From: a bacterium
GTDB taxonomy: Bacteria; Patescibacteriota; Minisyncoccia; JAHIHE01; JAGLIN01
Assembly: GCA_030638825.1 (NCBI GenBank)
Contig: DAOWDU010000011.1
Location: 5,675-69,674 of the forward strand
DNA: 64,000 nucleotides
Direction of reading: 5' to 3'
In this document: piece by piece, positions 41,726-51,203 of the stretch
How the letters are laid out: each line of letters starts with the position of its first letter
Numbering within the stretch: position 1 is the stretch's first letter
Position numbers and translations under genes: made by a program
Notes under the pieces: generated by a model
The model's database searches: none
The model's input: the letters and a program-made list of their open reading frames with translations, nothing else
What the model was told of the DNA's origin: nothing

Positions 41726-41991
41726 TTTTTTATACCTTTCTTTAATTACTGATCTGCAAACTCTAGACTAATATTATTTCTTAAAACAATATTTTAATCT
41801 AACTGTTTATAGATCAGTAAAATTTTAATTAGTTTATTATTTAAAGTTGGTTATTGGTTTATTTGTCATTCCCGTGAAGACGGGAATCCAGTTTGTCTCA
41901 ATAAACAATATCTTTCGTAAAAATTTATTAAGTATAAAAAACTGAAACAGTCTATCTGTTTGGTGATTAGGGAGTTGATTAGTTAAATTAT

Positions 41992-42252
41992 TTATTTTTT
42001 AATCTTTCCTAAAATTAGTTCTATACAACCGCCATATTCACCCGTGTGTAAAATTGTGTAATGACCCGAAGATAACTTCTTCTTTAATTCATTGTTATTG
42101 TTAGATTTATCAATTTGGTTTTTACGAAAAAACAGTTTGCGTTCAATAGCGTAAACATTTCTGTGTCTCCACCAACCCTGCATAGCTACAGCGACCGAAA
42201 CTAACAAAGCTACAGTTGAAATGAATATTGATATTGTTTCTATATTTTCCAT
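41992..42252 (-). CDS. Small hypothetical membrane protein
   Basis: 86-aa ORF with N-terminal TM. Confidence 0.6.
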   Translation of the reverse strand: MENIETISIFISTVALLVSVAVAMQGWWRHRNVYAIERKLFFRKNQIDKSNNNNELKKKLSSGHYTILHTGEYGGCIELILGKIKK

Positions 42253-42267
42253 TCTGGTATTTTTACT

Positions 42268-42885
42268 TTAGCAATCTGGATAACCAGAGCATAATTGTTT
42301 ACCATTAAAACCATAAAATGGTTCTCTTTTAATTTCTGCTCCTGTATACATATTTTTATCTTGAATTGGCCAAAAAAATCTTATATAATAATTTTTAGCA
42401 TCTTTTGATAAATTACCAACAGTAAGTATTTTAGATGTTTCCTCTTGCTTAATCCATGTTTCCTCAAGAGGCATATCATATGTTCCTTTGGATAAAAATA
42501 TTTTTGTTACTTTATTACTATCAATATTGTAAGTTACACTAATAGCGTAACCATCTTTTTCAAATACTTTTACCCAAGTATCAACGTTTGTCTGAATTGC
42601 AACATCGGTGGGTTCTGGATTTTCATTTACAGGTTTACCAAAAGCTGAAGCAAAATACGAAATATTTTTATCTAAGAGTGCAGGAATGTCAAATATGACA
42701 TGAATTATTTCTGGTTCTTCTTGTCCAACTTTCTTAGCCTCTTGTTTTTGTAAGTTATCATTTTCTGATTGATTAGTTTTATCTTCGCCAGAAAATATTA
42801 TAACAATCACTATTCCAAAAAAAATAGCTAAGATAATTTTCCAATATTTTTCATACCAAGGTTTTGATATTTTTTGTTCTGTCAT
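42268..42885 (-). CDS. Hypothetical membrane-anchored protein
   Basis: KPWYEKYW followed by TM helix. Confidence 0.7.
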   Translation of the reverse strand: MTEQKISKPWYEKYWKIILAIFFGIVIVIIFSGEDKTNQSENDNLQKQEAKKVGQEEPEIIHVIFDIPALLDKNISYFASAFGKPVNENPEPTDVAIQTNVDTWVKVFEKDGYAISVTYNIDSNKVTKIFLSKGTYDMPLEETWIKQEETSKILTVGNLSKDAKNYYIRFFWPIQDKNMYTGAEIKREPFYGFNGKQLCSGYPDC

Positions 42886-42928
42886 AATAATTATTTTAAA
42901 AAATTAATAAAATTACATTCTTATTTAT

Positions 42929-43261
42929 TTACACCTTAATCTCCACCCCCGTTTCTCTAATCTCATTCGCCAAAGAATCATATTTATCATTAAAATCCTT
43001 CAGCGTAAAACCAACAGGTTCAATCGTATAATTCAAATTAAAAATCTTTCGTTTCTTCCATAAATATTGCGATGCCTCAAAAGAATCTTTAAACTTAGAA
43101 GAAACAACACACAAATCAATATCACTCCATTCGCGCTGAGAACCACGAGCAAAAGAACCAAAAAGAATGACTTTTTTAATAGGCAGTCTGTCTTCCTTTA
43201 AAATGTCCAAATATTTCCCTATTTCTTTTTCTACTTTTTTCGGTATTCTTTTTCTAACCAT
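42929..43261 (-). CDS. Minimal nucleotidyltransferase
   Basis: VILFGSFARG...WSDIDLCVVS, IEPVG. Confidence 0.9.
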   Translation of the reverse strand: MVRKRIPKKVEKEIGKYLDILKEDRLPIKKVILFGSFARGSQREWSDIDLCVVSSKFKDSFEASQYLWKKRKIFNLNYTIEPVGFTLKDFNDKYDSLANEIRETGVEIKV

Positions 43262-43272
43262 AAAAATAATTC

Positions 43273-43791
43273 TTATAGTCGCTCTTTCCTATATCTATCA
43301 TAATCATCCCTAATAATCCAAGAAGCGACAGTAAAAATCATTTCCAAAGTAATCTTCATTGGATGACTAACAACATATTCCTTAAGAGGATCAATTAAAG
43401 GATCGTTTTCTAACTCTTTCAAAGCAGTTTTAGCTTCTGTTTCATAATCATAGAGAGTTCTTAACTTCCAAGTGTCCATCAGTTTAAAAATCTTTTCTTG
43501 TAATTCTGGATAAATTCTATAGAATCCGCAGTCAATTAAAAGTTCTTTGCCCTCTTTATTGATAATCATAGGACTACCTGGATTACCAAAAAAAGATGAT
43601 CTTTTCAAAAGACCAATGTCCTTATCATGATCATGAACACATTCCCAAATCTTTTTACAATCACTCTTAATCTCAACAATATCATCTCTTGTTATTTTAA
43701 CAGTTTCATCGGTTCTAATTATTATTTCTTTAGTTTCACCCAATAATAAATTAGATAAAATATTCCCAATTTTTTTTATTTTTTCAATCAT
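43273..43791 (-). CDS. Hypothetical protein (paralog of 43817-44383)
   Basis: SP...G..LL...YD.E...DP...P.K.Y pattern shared with neighbour. Confidence 0.7.
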   Translation of the reverse strand: MIEKIKKIGNILSNLLLGETKEIIIRTDETVKITRDDIVEIKSDCKKIWECVHDHDKDIGLLKRSSFFGNPGSPMIINKEGKELLIDCGFYRIYPELQEKIFKLMDTWKLRTLYDYETEAKTALKELENDPLIDPLKEYVVSHPMKITLEMIFTVASWIIRDDYDRYRKERL

Positions 43792-43816
43792 ATAATTTAA
43801 ATTATATTTTTATTTT

Positions 43817-44383
43817 TTATTTCCCATCACAATCCTCAATCTTAAATCCCAATTCTTCCAAAACAAAATCCCGGAAATAAACGGCGATGATACCGAGAAT
43901 AGCAAAAAGATTTATTCCTTTTTTGAAAGCATAATCTTTAATCGGAAGAAATATTGGATCGTCTTCCATGTCTTCAACAACTTTTCGCGTTTTTTCTTGG
44001 GCGTCATAAGCATTCGTCGGTTTTGGATCAGCCAAAATTTTATCAAGAATTTTTTGTTTATTCGCATCAACAATTTCTTTTGCTTTGCTTTCAATTAAAA
44101 CATTCGTTCCCCTTTCAGTAAGAACAGTCGGAGAAGCGGACTTTGTATAGTTTATTTTTAAACTGCCTTCTATGTAGGAAACGCGATTACCAATAAAAGA
44201 AACTTTTTTATCAAGCTTTTTAAAATCTCCGTCTAAATTTTCAATGTCTTTTTCTAAATCTCCTATTTGATTTCGCAGACTTTTATAAAGAAACCAGCCG
44301 CCGAATCCCACAAAAACAGCTGGTCCTATTTTGTCAGCGGTAAGCCCATAATATTTTAAAATGTCAAAAACATATTCAATCAT
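43817..44383 (-). CDS. Hypothetical protein with TM and coiled coil
   Basis: 188-aa ORF; paralogous C-terminal domain. Confidence 0.7.
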   Translation of the reverse strand: MIEYVFDILKYYGLTADKIGPAVFVGFGGWFLYKSLRNQIGDLEKDIENLDGDFKKLDKKVSFIGNRVSYIEGSLKINYTKSASPTVLTERGTNVLIESKAKEIVDANKQKILDKILADPKPTNAYDAQEKTRKVVEDMEDDPIFLPIKDYAFKKGINLFAILGIIAVYFRDFVLEELGFKIEDCDGK

Positions 44384-44407
44384 AGATTTTTAAAAATTAA
44401 AATATTT

Positions 44408-44578
44408 TTATTTCTTCTCTTCCACCTCATACTCCACATCTTCTAAATATTCTTTCTTCTTCCCTAATTTCTTTCTACCCACAACTTTATCATAAAGATA
44501 AGAAGCAACCGCCAAAAAAGCCGCTTTTTTTATTTTTCTTTTTTTGAGATTTATTTTTTCTTTTAGTTTTTTAAACAT
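44408..44578 (-). CDS. Small basic hypothetical protein (56 aa)
   Basis: Manual: MFKKLKEKINLKKRKIKKAAFLAVASYLYDKVVGRKKLGKKKEYLEDVEYEVEEKK*; fills the gap, co-oriented. Confidence 0.5.
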   Translation of the reverse strand: MFKKLKEKINLKKRKIKKAAFLAVASYLYDKVVGRKKLGKKKEYLEDVEYEVEEKK

Positions 44579-44717
44579 AAAAATATATTGCTAAATTTCT
44601 TGGAGTACAAATTAGCTAAATTTGTCATAGTGAGCTTGTCGAACTATGATAAATTTAGCGAGTCTACCCATCCTTCGACAAGCTCAGGATGACGATTTAA
44701 TTTAGCAATAGAACAAT

Positions 44718-45233
44718 TTACTTAATCAAAAACTTCCTCTTATTCTGGCTTAAATCTATAAAATCATCCACTACCCCTAACAATTTCCCTGAGGCGGTTT
44801 CGCCGAAAGCTACTGCTTCTACGCGGCAGCCTTTGTTGATTTTTAAATATTCCACCAATGGCTCATAATCGCCATCGCCGGATACGATTACAACCACATC
44901 AAGTTTATCAGCTAATTTGATTGTGTCAACCGCTAGTCCGACATCCCAGTCGGCCTTTTTCGCTCCGCCTGCGAAAATTTGCAGATCTTTTTCTTTTATT
45001 TCAAAGCCGAGTTTTTCCATCGCTTCAAAAAATGATTTTTCCTCTCCGCTTTCTGTTTTAATAACATAAGTAATCGCTCTGATTAAAGTTCTTCCCGCAA
45101 CCGCGACTGACAAAACTTCTTTGAAATTTACTCTGGCTTTATATAAATTTCTCGCGCTATGATACATATTTTGCGCGTCAACAAAGACCCCAATCCGCTG
45201 GTCTTTGTGTTTGATTGTTTTAGATGTTGGCAT
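44718..45233 (-). CDS. NYN domain protein (LabA/DUF88)
   Basis: VFVDAQN, KADWDVGLAVD, VSGDGDY. Confidence 0.93.
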   Translation of the reverse strand: MPTSKTIKHKDQRIGVFVDAQNMYHSARNLYKARVNFKEVLSVAVAGRTLIRAITYVIKTESGEEKSFFEAMEKLGFEIKEKDLQIFAGGAKKADWDVGLAVDTIKLADKLDVVVIVSGDGDYEPLVEYLKINKGCRVEAVAFGETASGKLLGVVDDFIDLSQNKRKFLIK

Positions 45234-45395
45234 AATTTTAAATTGTTAAATAATTATTTAGAAATTAATTGAAACTCGTAGAAATTTGTTGAAATTAGTT
45301 GTTGCTCGCAAAACACAATTGAATTTCTATTAATTTCAATTAGTTTCTATAAATTTCTGTATTATAATGCTATGCATAACAATTTAACAATATTT

Positions 45396-45674
45396 TTATT
45401 TTTTCTTTCCCGCTTTCAATTTCAGCGATTTTGTTATTTTGCTAAACCTTTCCTCACTATTATTCTGAATGTCTTTCAAAAGTTTTTTTCTTTTGGCAAC
45501 CATTTGCAAAAGTCCTCTGCGGGAATGATTGTCTTTTTTGTTTACCTTTAAATGCTCCGTTAATTCTTTAATTCTTTCCGTTAAAACAGCCACCTGAACT
45601 TCGGAAGATCCCGTGTCTTCTTTATGAGTTTTGAACTTGTCTATAATTTTTTTCTTCTTGTCTTTTTTGATCAT
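45396..45674 (-). CDS. rpsO: 30S ribosomal protein S15
   Basis: DTGSSEVQVAVLT, KDNHSRRGLL. Confidence 0.97.
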   Translation of the reverse strand: MIKKDKKKKIIDKFKTHKEDTGSSEVQVAVLTERIKELTEHLKVNKKDNHSRRGLLQMVAKRKKLLKDIQNNSEERFSKITKSLKLKAGKKK

Positions 45675-45785
45675 TTTTATTATTTCATTAATTAAATCAA
45701 AAACGCTTGCTTTCTAAAATTCAAGCATTTTACTGCTATTATAATAACATAAAGATAGAGATTAGACAAATTTTAATTGCTAATT

Positions 45786-47195
45786 TTAACAGGCCGATTT
45801 GTCGCCTTTGATAATCGTCAAAAATGTTTTGAATAAAATAATTAAATCTAACAGTAACGACCAGTTTTCAATATAATAAATATCAAGCTTTGCTTCTTTC
45901 TCAAAATCAAGATTAGAACTGCCGCTTACTTGCGCCATGCCAGTCATCCCAGATTTTATCGTAAGAAGTTTTTTGTGATGTTTTTTGTATTGCGCGACTT
46001 CTTCTGGTTCATGAGGGCGCGGTCCGACCAAGCTAATATCTCCCTTTAAAACATTAATCAATTGCGGGAATTCATCAAGACGGGTTTTTCTGATAAATTT
46101 TCCGACTTTGGTTATGCGCGGATCATCTTTCATTTTGAAAAGCGGGCCTTCTTCTCTTTCGTTATATTTTGCAAATTCAGGATTGAGATTTCCTTCTTTG
46201 TCATATTTCATCTCGTGAGCATTTTCTATCATAGAACGAAATTTATAAAGTCTAAACTTTTTTCCTCTGGAGATTCTTTCAAGTCTTGCAAAAACTGGTC
46301 CAGCGCTGTCTGATTTTATAATAAGAGCCATGACAGCAAAAAATGGTGATAAAATAATAAGACCAATAAAAGACGCAACGATGTCAAAAATTCTTTTAAT
46401 AACTGTTCCCCAGCCGTCAAGGGGGGTTCTTTTAACTTCAATAAAGGTAATATCTGAAATAGTCTGCATTTCAAAAAGAGCTGCTTGCGCCTGAAACATA
46501 TCGGGGACGAATTTAAAATCAATATTTTTTTCCTGGCAAAAATCAAGCAAATCGTGAATTCTTTCCCTTTCTACTTTTGTGGAGCAGAGAATTATTTCGT
46601 CAATTCCAGGATCTTTAAAAATTTTTTCCAAGTCTTCTATTCTAAAATCTCTTAATTTGCGAACCACTTTGTAGCCAAGAATTTTATTTTTCTTAATTTC
46701 CCGATGAACTGTTTTGACAATTCCGTTGTCGCCTAATAAAACTAACCTATGAAAACCAAGCTTGTATTTATGAGCCAGCCAACTTTGAATAATTCTGATC
46801 ATCACGCGGCCAGAAACGACGGTCGTAATCGCGAAAAACCAGGCTGCAAAAAATATAAAACGGGAAGAAAACATTTCCCGCTGCATAAAAGCGATAAAAA
46901 TTATAACCATAAAACTGGCTGAGACTCCGATCATAATTTGGAATATTTCTTTCCACAACTTGCGGACATTGCTTAAGCTGTATAAGCCAATTAGAGCGAA
47001 CGAAATAATAAAAACAGGAGACACGGCAAATGTTATCTCCATAAAACGGCTAAGTGGCAAATCAAAAACAATCGGTCTTAACTGTGATAGCTCTCCGCTA
47101 AATCTTAAAGAATATGCCAGTATTCCCGCCAGCATTATCATTAAAAAATCTATTGGAACCAAGAGGACATTAAAAATAAGTTCTGATCGTTTCAT
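45786..47195 (-). CDS. Polyprenyl-phosphate glycosylphosphotransferase (bacterial sugar transferase)
   Basis: KRIFDI, KFRSM, DDPRITKVGKFIRKTRLDEFPQ, VGPRP, YIENWS. Confidence 0.93.
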   Translation of the reverse strand: MKRSELIFNVLLVPIDFLMIMLAGILAYSLRFSGELSQLRPIVFDLPLSRFMEITFAVSPVFIISFALIGLYSLSNVRKLWKEIFQIMIGVSASFMVIIFIAFMQREMFSSRFIFFAAWFFAITTVVSGRVMIRIIQSWLAHKYKLGFHRLVLLGDNGIVKTVHREIKKNKILGYKVVRKLRDFRIEDLEKIFKDPGIDEIILCSTKVERERIHDLLDFCQEKNIDFKFVPDMFQAQAALFEMQTISDITFIEVKRTPLDGWGTVIKRIFDIVASFIGLIILSPFFAVMALIIKSDSAGPVFARLERISRGKKFRLYKFRSMIENAHEMKYDKEGNLNPEFAKYNEREEGPLFKMKDDPRITKVGKFIRKTRLDEFPQLINVLKGDISLVGPRPHEPEEVAQYKKHHKKLLTIKSGMTGMAQVSGSSNLDFEKEAKLDIYYIENWSLLLDLIILFKTFLTIIKGDKSAC

Positions 47196-47213
47196 AATTC
47201 ATTTCTTACGCCG

Positions 47214-47690
47214 CTTAAAACAAATAAATAATAAGCCGAATTTTGTTTTCTGATATAAAATCAAAATGATAATCATCTATCTAGCCATACTATTGCTAGT
47301 ATGATCAAGCGAGCTACTTTTTTCCCAACTAACTTACAACTTACAACTTACAATTTTAATATTGTTATTTGTTATGAGTTATAGGTTATAAGTTAGTCAG
47401 GATTTGCTCTTGCACCAGGCAGGGTTTACCATCATTTGCTGTCACCAGCAAGGAAAGAGCGTAGATTTAAATTTATAAAAATTCAAATCATCGCCCAACT
47501 TTTCACCTTTTATCATGTATAACATGATTAGTATAGTCTCTGTGGCACTTTCCCTATCCTAAAAAAATTAGAACGGTTGCCGTTAGCAACTGCCTGCTTC
47601 CAGGTTATTTTAAAGTAATCTGGGGTGTTCGGACTTTCCTCTCCTATTCTTTAAAAGAACAAAAGCGATTATCTAATTTACCATTTTAAG
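47214..47690 (-). ncRNA. rnpB: RNase P RNA
   Basis: Minus strand GAGGAAAGTCCG, GAAAGTGCCACAGA, GGTAAACCC..GCAAG, CTAGATAGATGAT, ACAAAATTCGGCTTA; complementary ends (P1). Confidence 0.93.
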
Positions 47691-47697
47691 CTCTTTC

Positions 47698-47725
47698 ATT
47701 ATACAAAAAACAATCACTTTGTCAA
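47698..47725 (-). promoter_or_regulatory. Sigma70 promoter for rnpB, back-to-back with a pcrA promoter
   Basis: TTGACA-N16-TATAAT on minus strand just 5' of rnpB; TGCTATAAT at 47737-47745 on plus strand. Confidence 0.7.
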
Positions 47726-47751
47726 TCTAAATTTTGTGCTATAATACTCTT

Positions 47752-49809
47752 ATGGAAAATATTTTAGAAAGTTTAAATAAGAGACAGCAAAAGGCCGTTA
47801 CCGCGACGGACGGGCCGGTTTTGATAATTGCGGGACCGGGATCCGGGAAGACGAAAGTTTTAACGCATCGCATCGCTTATATTATAAAAAATAAGGCGGT
47901 CAGTCCGACTAATATTCTTGCGGTAACTTTTACGAATAAAGCTGCCCAGGAAATGAAAAGCAGGGTAGGCGTGTTGCTTGAGAAGATGGTTTATGCAAAT
48001 AATTCTAACTTTTATAAAAAATCATTTGACGATGACGCCCCTCACCCCAACCCTCTCCCGCGGGGAGAGGGAGTTTCCAGTTTCCAGTTTCCTGTCATTG
48101 GCACTTTTCATAGCATTTGTGTGAGAATTTTGCGGCAGGAGGCGGAGTTGATCGGCTATAAAAAAGGATTTACTATTTATGATGACAGTGACCAGCAAGC
48201 AATAATTAAAAAGATTATGAATAATTTACAGATAAGTCCAGAGCAGTTTAATCCGCGGGCGGTCTTGTCTCATATTTCTAACGCTAAAAATGAATTGAAA
48301 AGTCCGAAAGATTTTAGTGATATCGCCGACGGTTATTTTCAGGAACAGGTTAGTATTGTTTATAATGCGTATCAGAAAAAATTAAAAGATAATAATTCTT
48401 TGGATTTTGACGATTTAATTATGCAGACAATTTTATTGTTTTTAGACAAGCCGGAGATTTTGCGAAAATACCAAGATAAATTCCGTTATGTGATGGTTGA
48501 TGAATATCAAGACACGAATTACGCGCAATACAAACTGGTTGATTTATTAAGCAAAACTCATCGGAATTTATGCGTTGTTGGCGATGACTGGCAGAGTATT
48601 TACAAATGGCGCGGCGCGGACATTAGAAATATTTTGGATTTTGAGAAAAATTATTCTGAAGCGGAAGTTATTTTGCTAGAACAAAATTATCGATCAACGC
48701 AAACAATTTTAGACGCCTCATATCAAATAATTTCCCGCAATGTCAATCGCAAGGAGAAAAAGCTTTGGAGTGAAAAAGAGGCGGGCGAGCCGATCGTTAT
48801 TTACGAAGCGGCTGACGAAAAAGGAGAAGCAGAATTTGTTATTTCGGAAATTGCCAGATTAACAAATAATAAAATAAATTTAAAAGACATTGCGATTTTA
48901 TATCGCACAAACGCTCAATCAAGATCAATAGAGGAAGCATTTTTGCAATATGGCGTTCCCTATAAAATCGTCGGCGGTATAAAATTTTATCTGCGAAAAG
49001 AGGTAAAAGACATTATCGCCTATCTGCGGCTTATTCAAAATCCAAATGACACAGCGAGTCTGGAAAGAATTATCAATATTCCTAAAAGAGATATTGGACA
49101 GGTGACTTTCAGAAAGATAATGGCAGAAATGGAAAAGAGTGGAAACGATGTTATTGAAGCATTGTTTAATTGTAATTGTGAAAATATTCCAGAAGGCAAG
49201 ATTAAGAAAATAAAAAGCTTTGCGGAAATTATTCTAAAGTGCCAAGATAAAATTGACAAAATTAAAATTTCTGAATTGCTTACTTATCTTTTGAAAAGCA
49301 TTAATTATGAAAAGCATATCAAAGATGGAACTGATGATGGAGAAAAAAAATGGGAAAATGTGAAAGAGCTTTTTAGCGCTGTGGAAAAATACGATAATCT
49401 GCCGGCGAAAGAAAATTTGAAAATATTTTTAGAAGAAATCGCGCTGGCGACGGATTTAGATAAGATAGACGATTCGCAGGATGCCGTAACTTTAATGACG
49501 CTCCATTCTGCTAAGGGCCTTGAGTTCAGCGCTGTTTTTATAATTGGGATGGAAGAAGGATTGCTTCCTCATTCCAGAAGCATTCAGGATCCTTCTGAGA
49601 TGGAAGAGGAAAGAAGATTGTGTTATGTCGGAATTACAAGAGCGAAAAAGAAAGCGTATCTTATCTTCGCGAGAACCAGAAAAATTTACGGCTCAACGCA
49701 AGCAAATATGCCCTCCCGTTTCATTTCCGACATCCCAGAAGAGTTAGCGGAATTTAAGAGGCAGGAGTATAGTTATTTGGGAGAGGATGAAGTTGTTGAA
49801 GTTGATTAA
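47752..49809 (+). CDS. pcrA: ATP-dependent DNA helicase PcrA/UvrD
   Basis: AGPGSGKT, TFTNKAA, VDEYQDTN, VGDDWQSIY, QNYRS, TLHSAKGLEF, EERRLCYVGITRA. Confidence 0.96.
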   Translation: MENILESLNKRQQKAVTATDGPVLIIAGPGSGKTKVLTHRIAYIIKNKAVSPTNILAVTFTNKAAQEMKSRVGVLLEKMVYANNSNFYKKSFDDDAPHPNPLPRGEGVSSFQFPVIGTFHSICVRILRQEAELIGYKKGFTIYDDSDQQAIIKKIMNNLQISPEQFNPRAVLSHISNAKNELKSPKDFSDIADGYFQEQVSIVYNAYQKKLKDNNSLDFDDLIMQTILLFLDKPEILRKYQDKFRYVMVDEYQDTNYAQYKLVDLLSKTHRNLCVVGDDWQSIYKWRGADIRNILDFEKNYSEAEVILLEQNYRSTQTILDASYQIISRNVNRKEKKLWSEKEAGEPIVIYEAADEKGEAEFVISEIARLTNNKINLKDIAILYRTNAQSRSIEEAFLQYGVPYKIVGGIKFYLRKEVKDIIAYLRLIQNPNDTASLERIINIPKRDIGQVTFRKIMAEMEKSGNDVIEALFNCNCENIPEGKIKKIKSFAEIILKCQDKIDKIKISELLTYLLKSINYEKHIKDGTDDGEKKWENVKELFSAVEKYDNLPAKENLKIFLEEIALATDLDKIDDSQDAVTLMTLHSAKGLEFSAVFIIGMEEGLLPHSRSIQDPSEMEEERRLCYVGITRAKKKAYLIFARTRKIYGSTQANMPSRFISDIPEELAEFKRQEYSYLGEDEVVEVD

Positions 49810-49827
49810 ACTGTCATTAATACCATT

Positions 49828-50688
49828 ATGTTTTCTAAAACCGAAATTAAAAAATTACTTGAAGAAAAAGATTTGAAAGTTCTGAAAAGGTTAGGACAGA
49901 ATTTTTTGATTGATGAAAAAGTTTTAAATGAAATAATTAGAGCGTCGGAACTTAATAAAGATGATTTTATTTTGGAAATTGGTCCAGGTTTGGGAACGCT
50001 TACCGATGAACTTGTTAAAAAATGTGGAACAGTTGTGGCGATAGAGAAAGATAAAAAAATGGCAGAGTTGATTTTTAAAGAAGCTGAGCTTCCTATAGGA
50101 AGCTCAGCTTCTCGCGCTTTTTTAAAAATCATCAACGATGATATTTTAAAAATAAATTTAAACAAGCTTATTGAAGAATATTCTAAAAACAAAAAATATA
50201 AATTGATTTCTAATATTCCATATTACATCACTTCGCCTGTGATAAAATTATTTTTAGAAAATAGCATCCAGCCGGAGCTGATTGTTTTGCTTGTTCAAAA
50301 AGAAGTAGCGGAAAGGATCTGCGCGAAGCCGGGAAAATTAAGTATTTTAGCTTTGAGCGTCCAAATATACGGCGAGCCGGAGATTGTTAGCTATGTTGAT
50401 AAAGCCGCGTTTTATCCCGAGCCAAAAGTTGATTCGGCGATTTTAAAAATCAAAAACATTAAAAAAGAATTCTCTGAAGAGTATTACAAAAAACTTTTCA
50501 AAATTATAAAAATCGGGTTTTCGTCTAAAAGAAAAAAGCTGGCAAATAATTTATCAGCTGGATTGTATCTTACCAAAAAAGAAAGTGAAGATATTTTGCA
50601 ACAATCAAACATAAATCTAAACACTCGCGCGCAGGAATTGAGTTTGGAGGAGTGGGATAAATTAGTAAAATTGACGCTGTTGAAATAA
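49828..50688 (+). CDS. rsmA: 16S rRNA adenine dimethyltransferase
   Basis: GQNFL, EIGPGLG, NIPYYITSP, QKEVAERI, PKVDSA. Confidence 0.96.
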   Translation: MFSKTEIKKLLEEKDLKVLKRLGQNFLIDEKVLNEIIRASELNKDDFILEIGPGLGTLTDELVKKCGTVVAIEKDKKMAELIFKEAELPIGSSASRAFLKIINDDILKINLNKLIEEYSKNKKYKLISNIPYYITSPVIKLFLENSIQPELIVLLVQKEVAERICAKPGKLSILALSVQIYGEPEIVSYVDKAAFYPEPKVDSAILKIKNIKKEFSEEYYKKLFKIIKIGFSSKRKKLANNLSAGLYLTKKESEDILQQSNINLNTRAQELSLEEWDKLVKLTLLK

Positions 50689-50730
50689 TTTGGTAAAATA
50701 AAAATAGTTAAAAAAGATAATAAAAATATT

Positions 50731-51018
50731 ATGGTCTTGAAAAAGAATTTGAAAAAGAAAAAGCAAGCTAAAATCAAAGAAACAACTATTGATGATTTGG
50801 CGATAATGATTGGAAAGGGATTTAAACATGTAGAAGGACGGATAAATTCTCTTGAACGAGAACAGGAAAAAACAAAAGAAGAAATAAAAGAATTTAGAAG
50901 AGAAAATTATTTAGAGCATGAAGAAATGAAAATACGCTTTGATAATGTCGCTCATCGTTTTGAATTGGTAGAATTGCAAAAAAGAGTTGGGGTTTTAGAA
51001 GGACGAGCGATGGTTTAG
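50731..51018 (+). CDS. Small coiled-coil protein
   Basis: TTIDDLAIMIGKGF; similar to 33802-34158. Confidence 0.75.
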   Translation: MVLKKNLKKKKQAKIKETTIDDLAIMIGKGFKHVEGRINSLEREQEKTKEEIKEFRRENYLEHEEMKIRFDNVAHRFELVELQKRVGVLEGRAMV

Positions 51019-51203
51019 GGTTTTTTGAAGGAAAATTTGAAACAGGATTTGTCCCTTGACAAACCCTGTTTTTTGTTATACGATGACTTGTTCTGATGAT
51101 GGAGGATTATGTCTGAAAAAGACTTATATCTTTAGCTCATCAGGTCCCGCTGGATTTATTTGGCGGGAAGTGGAATGAAGATTGACAATTTAAAAGGAGT
51201 TGA

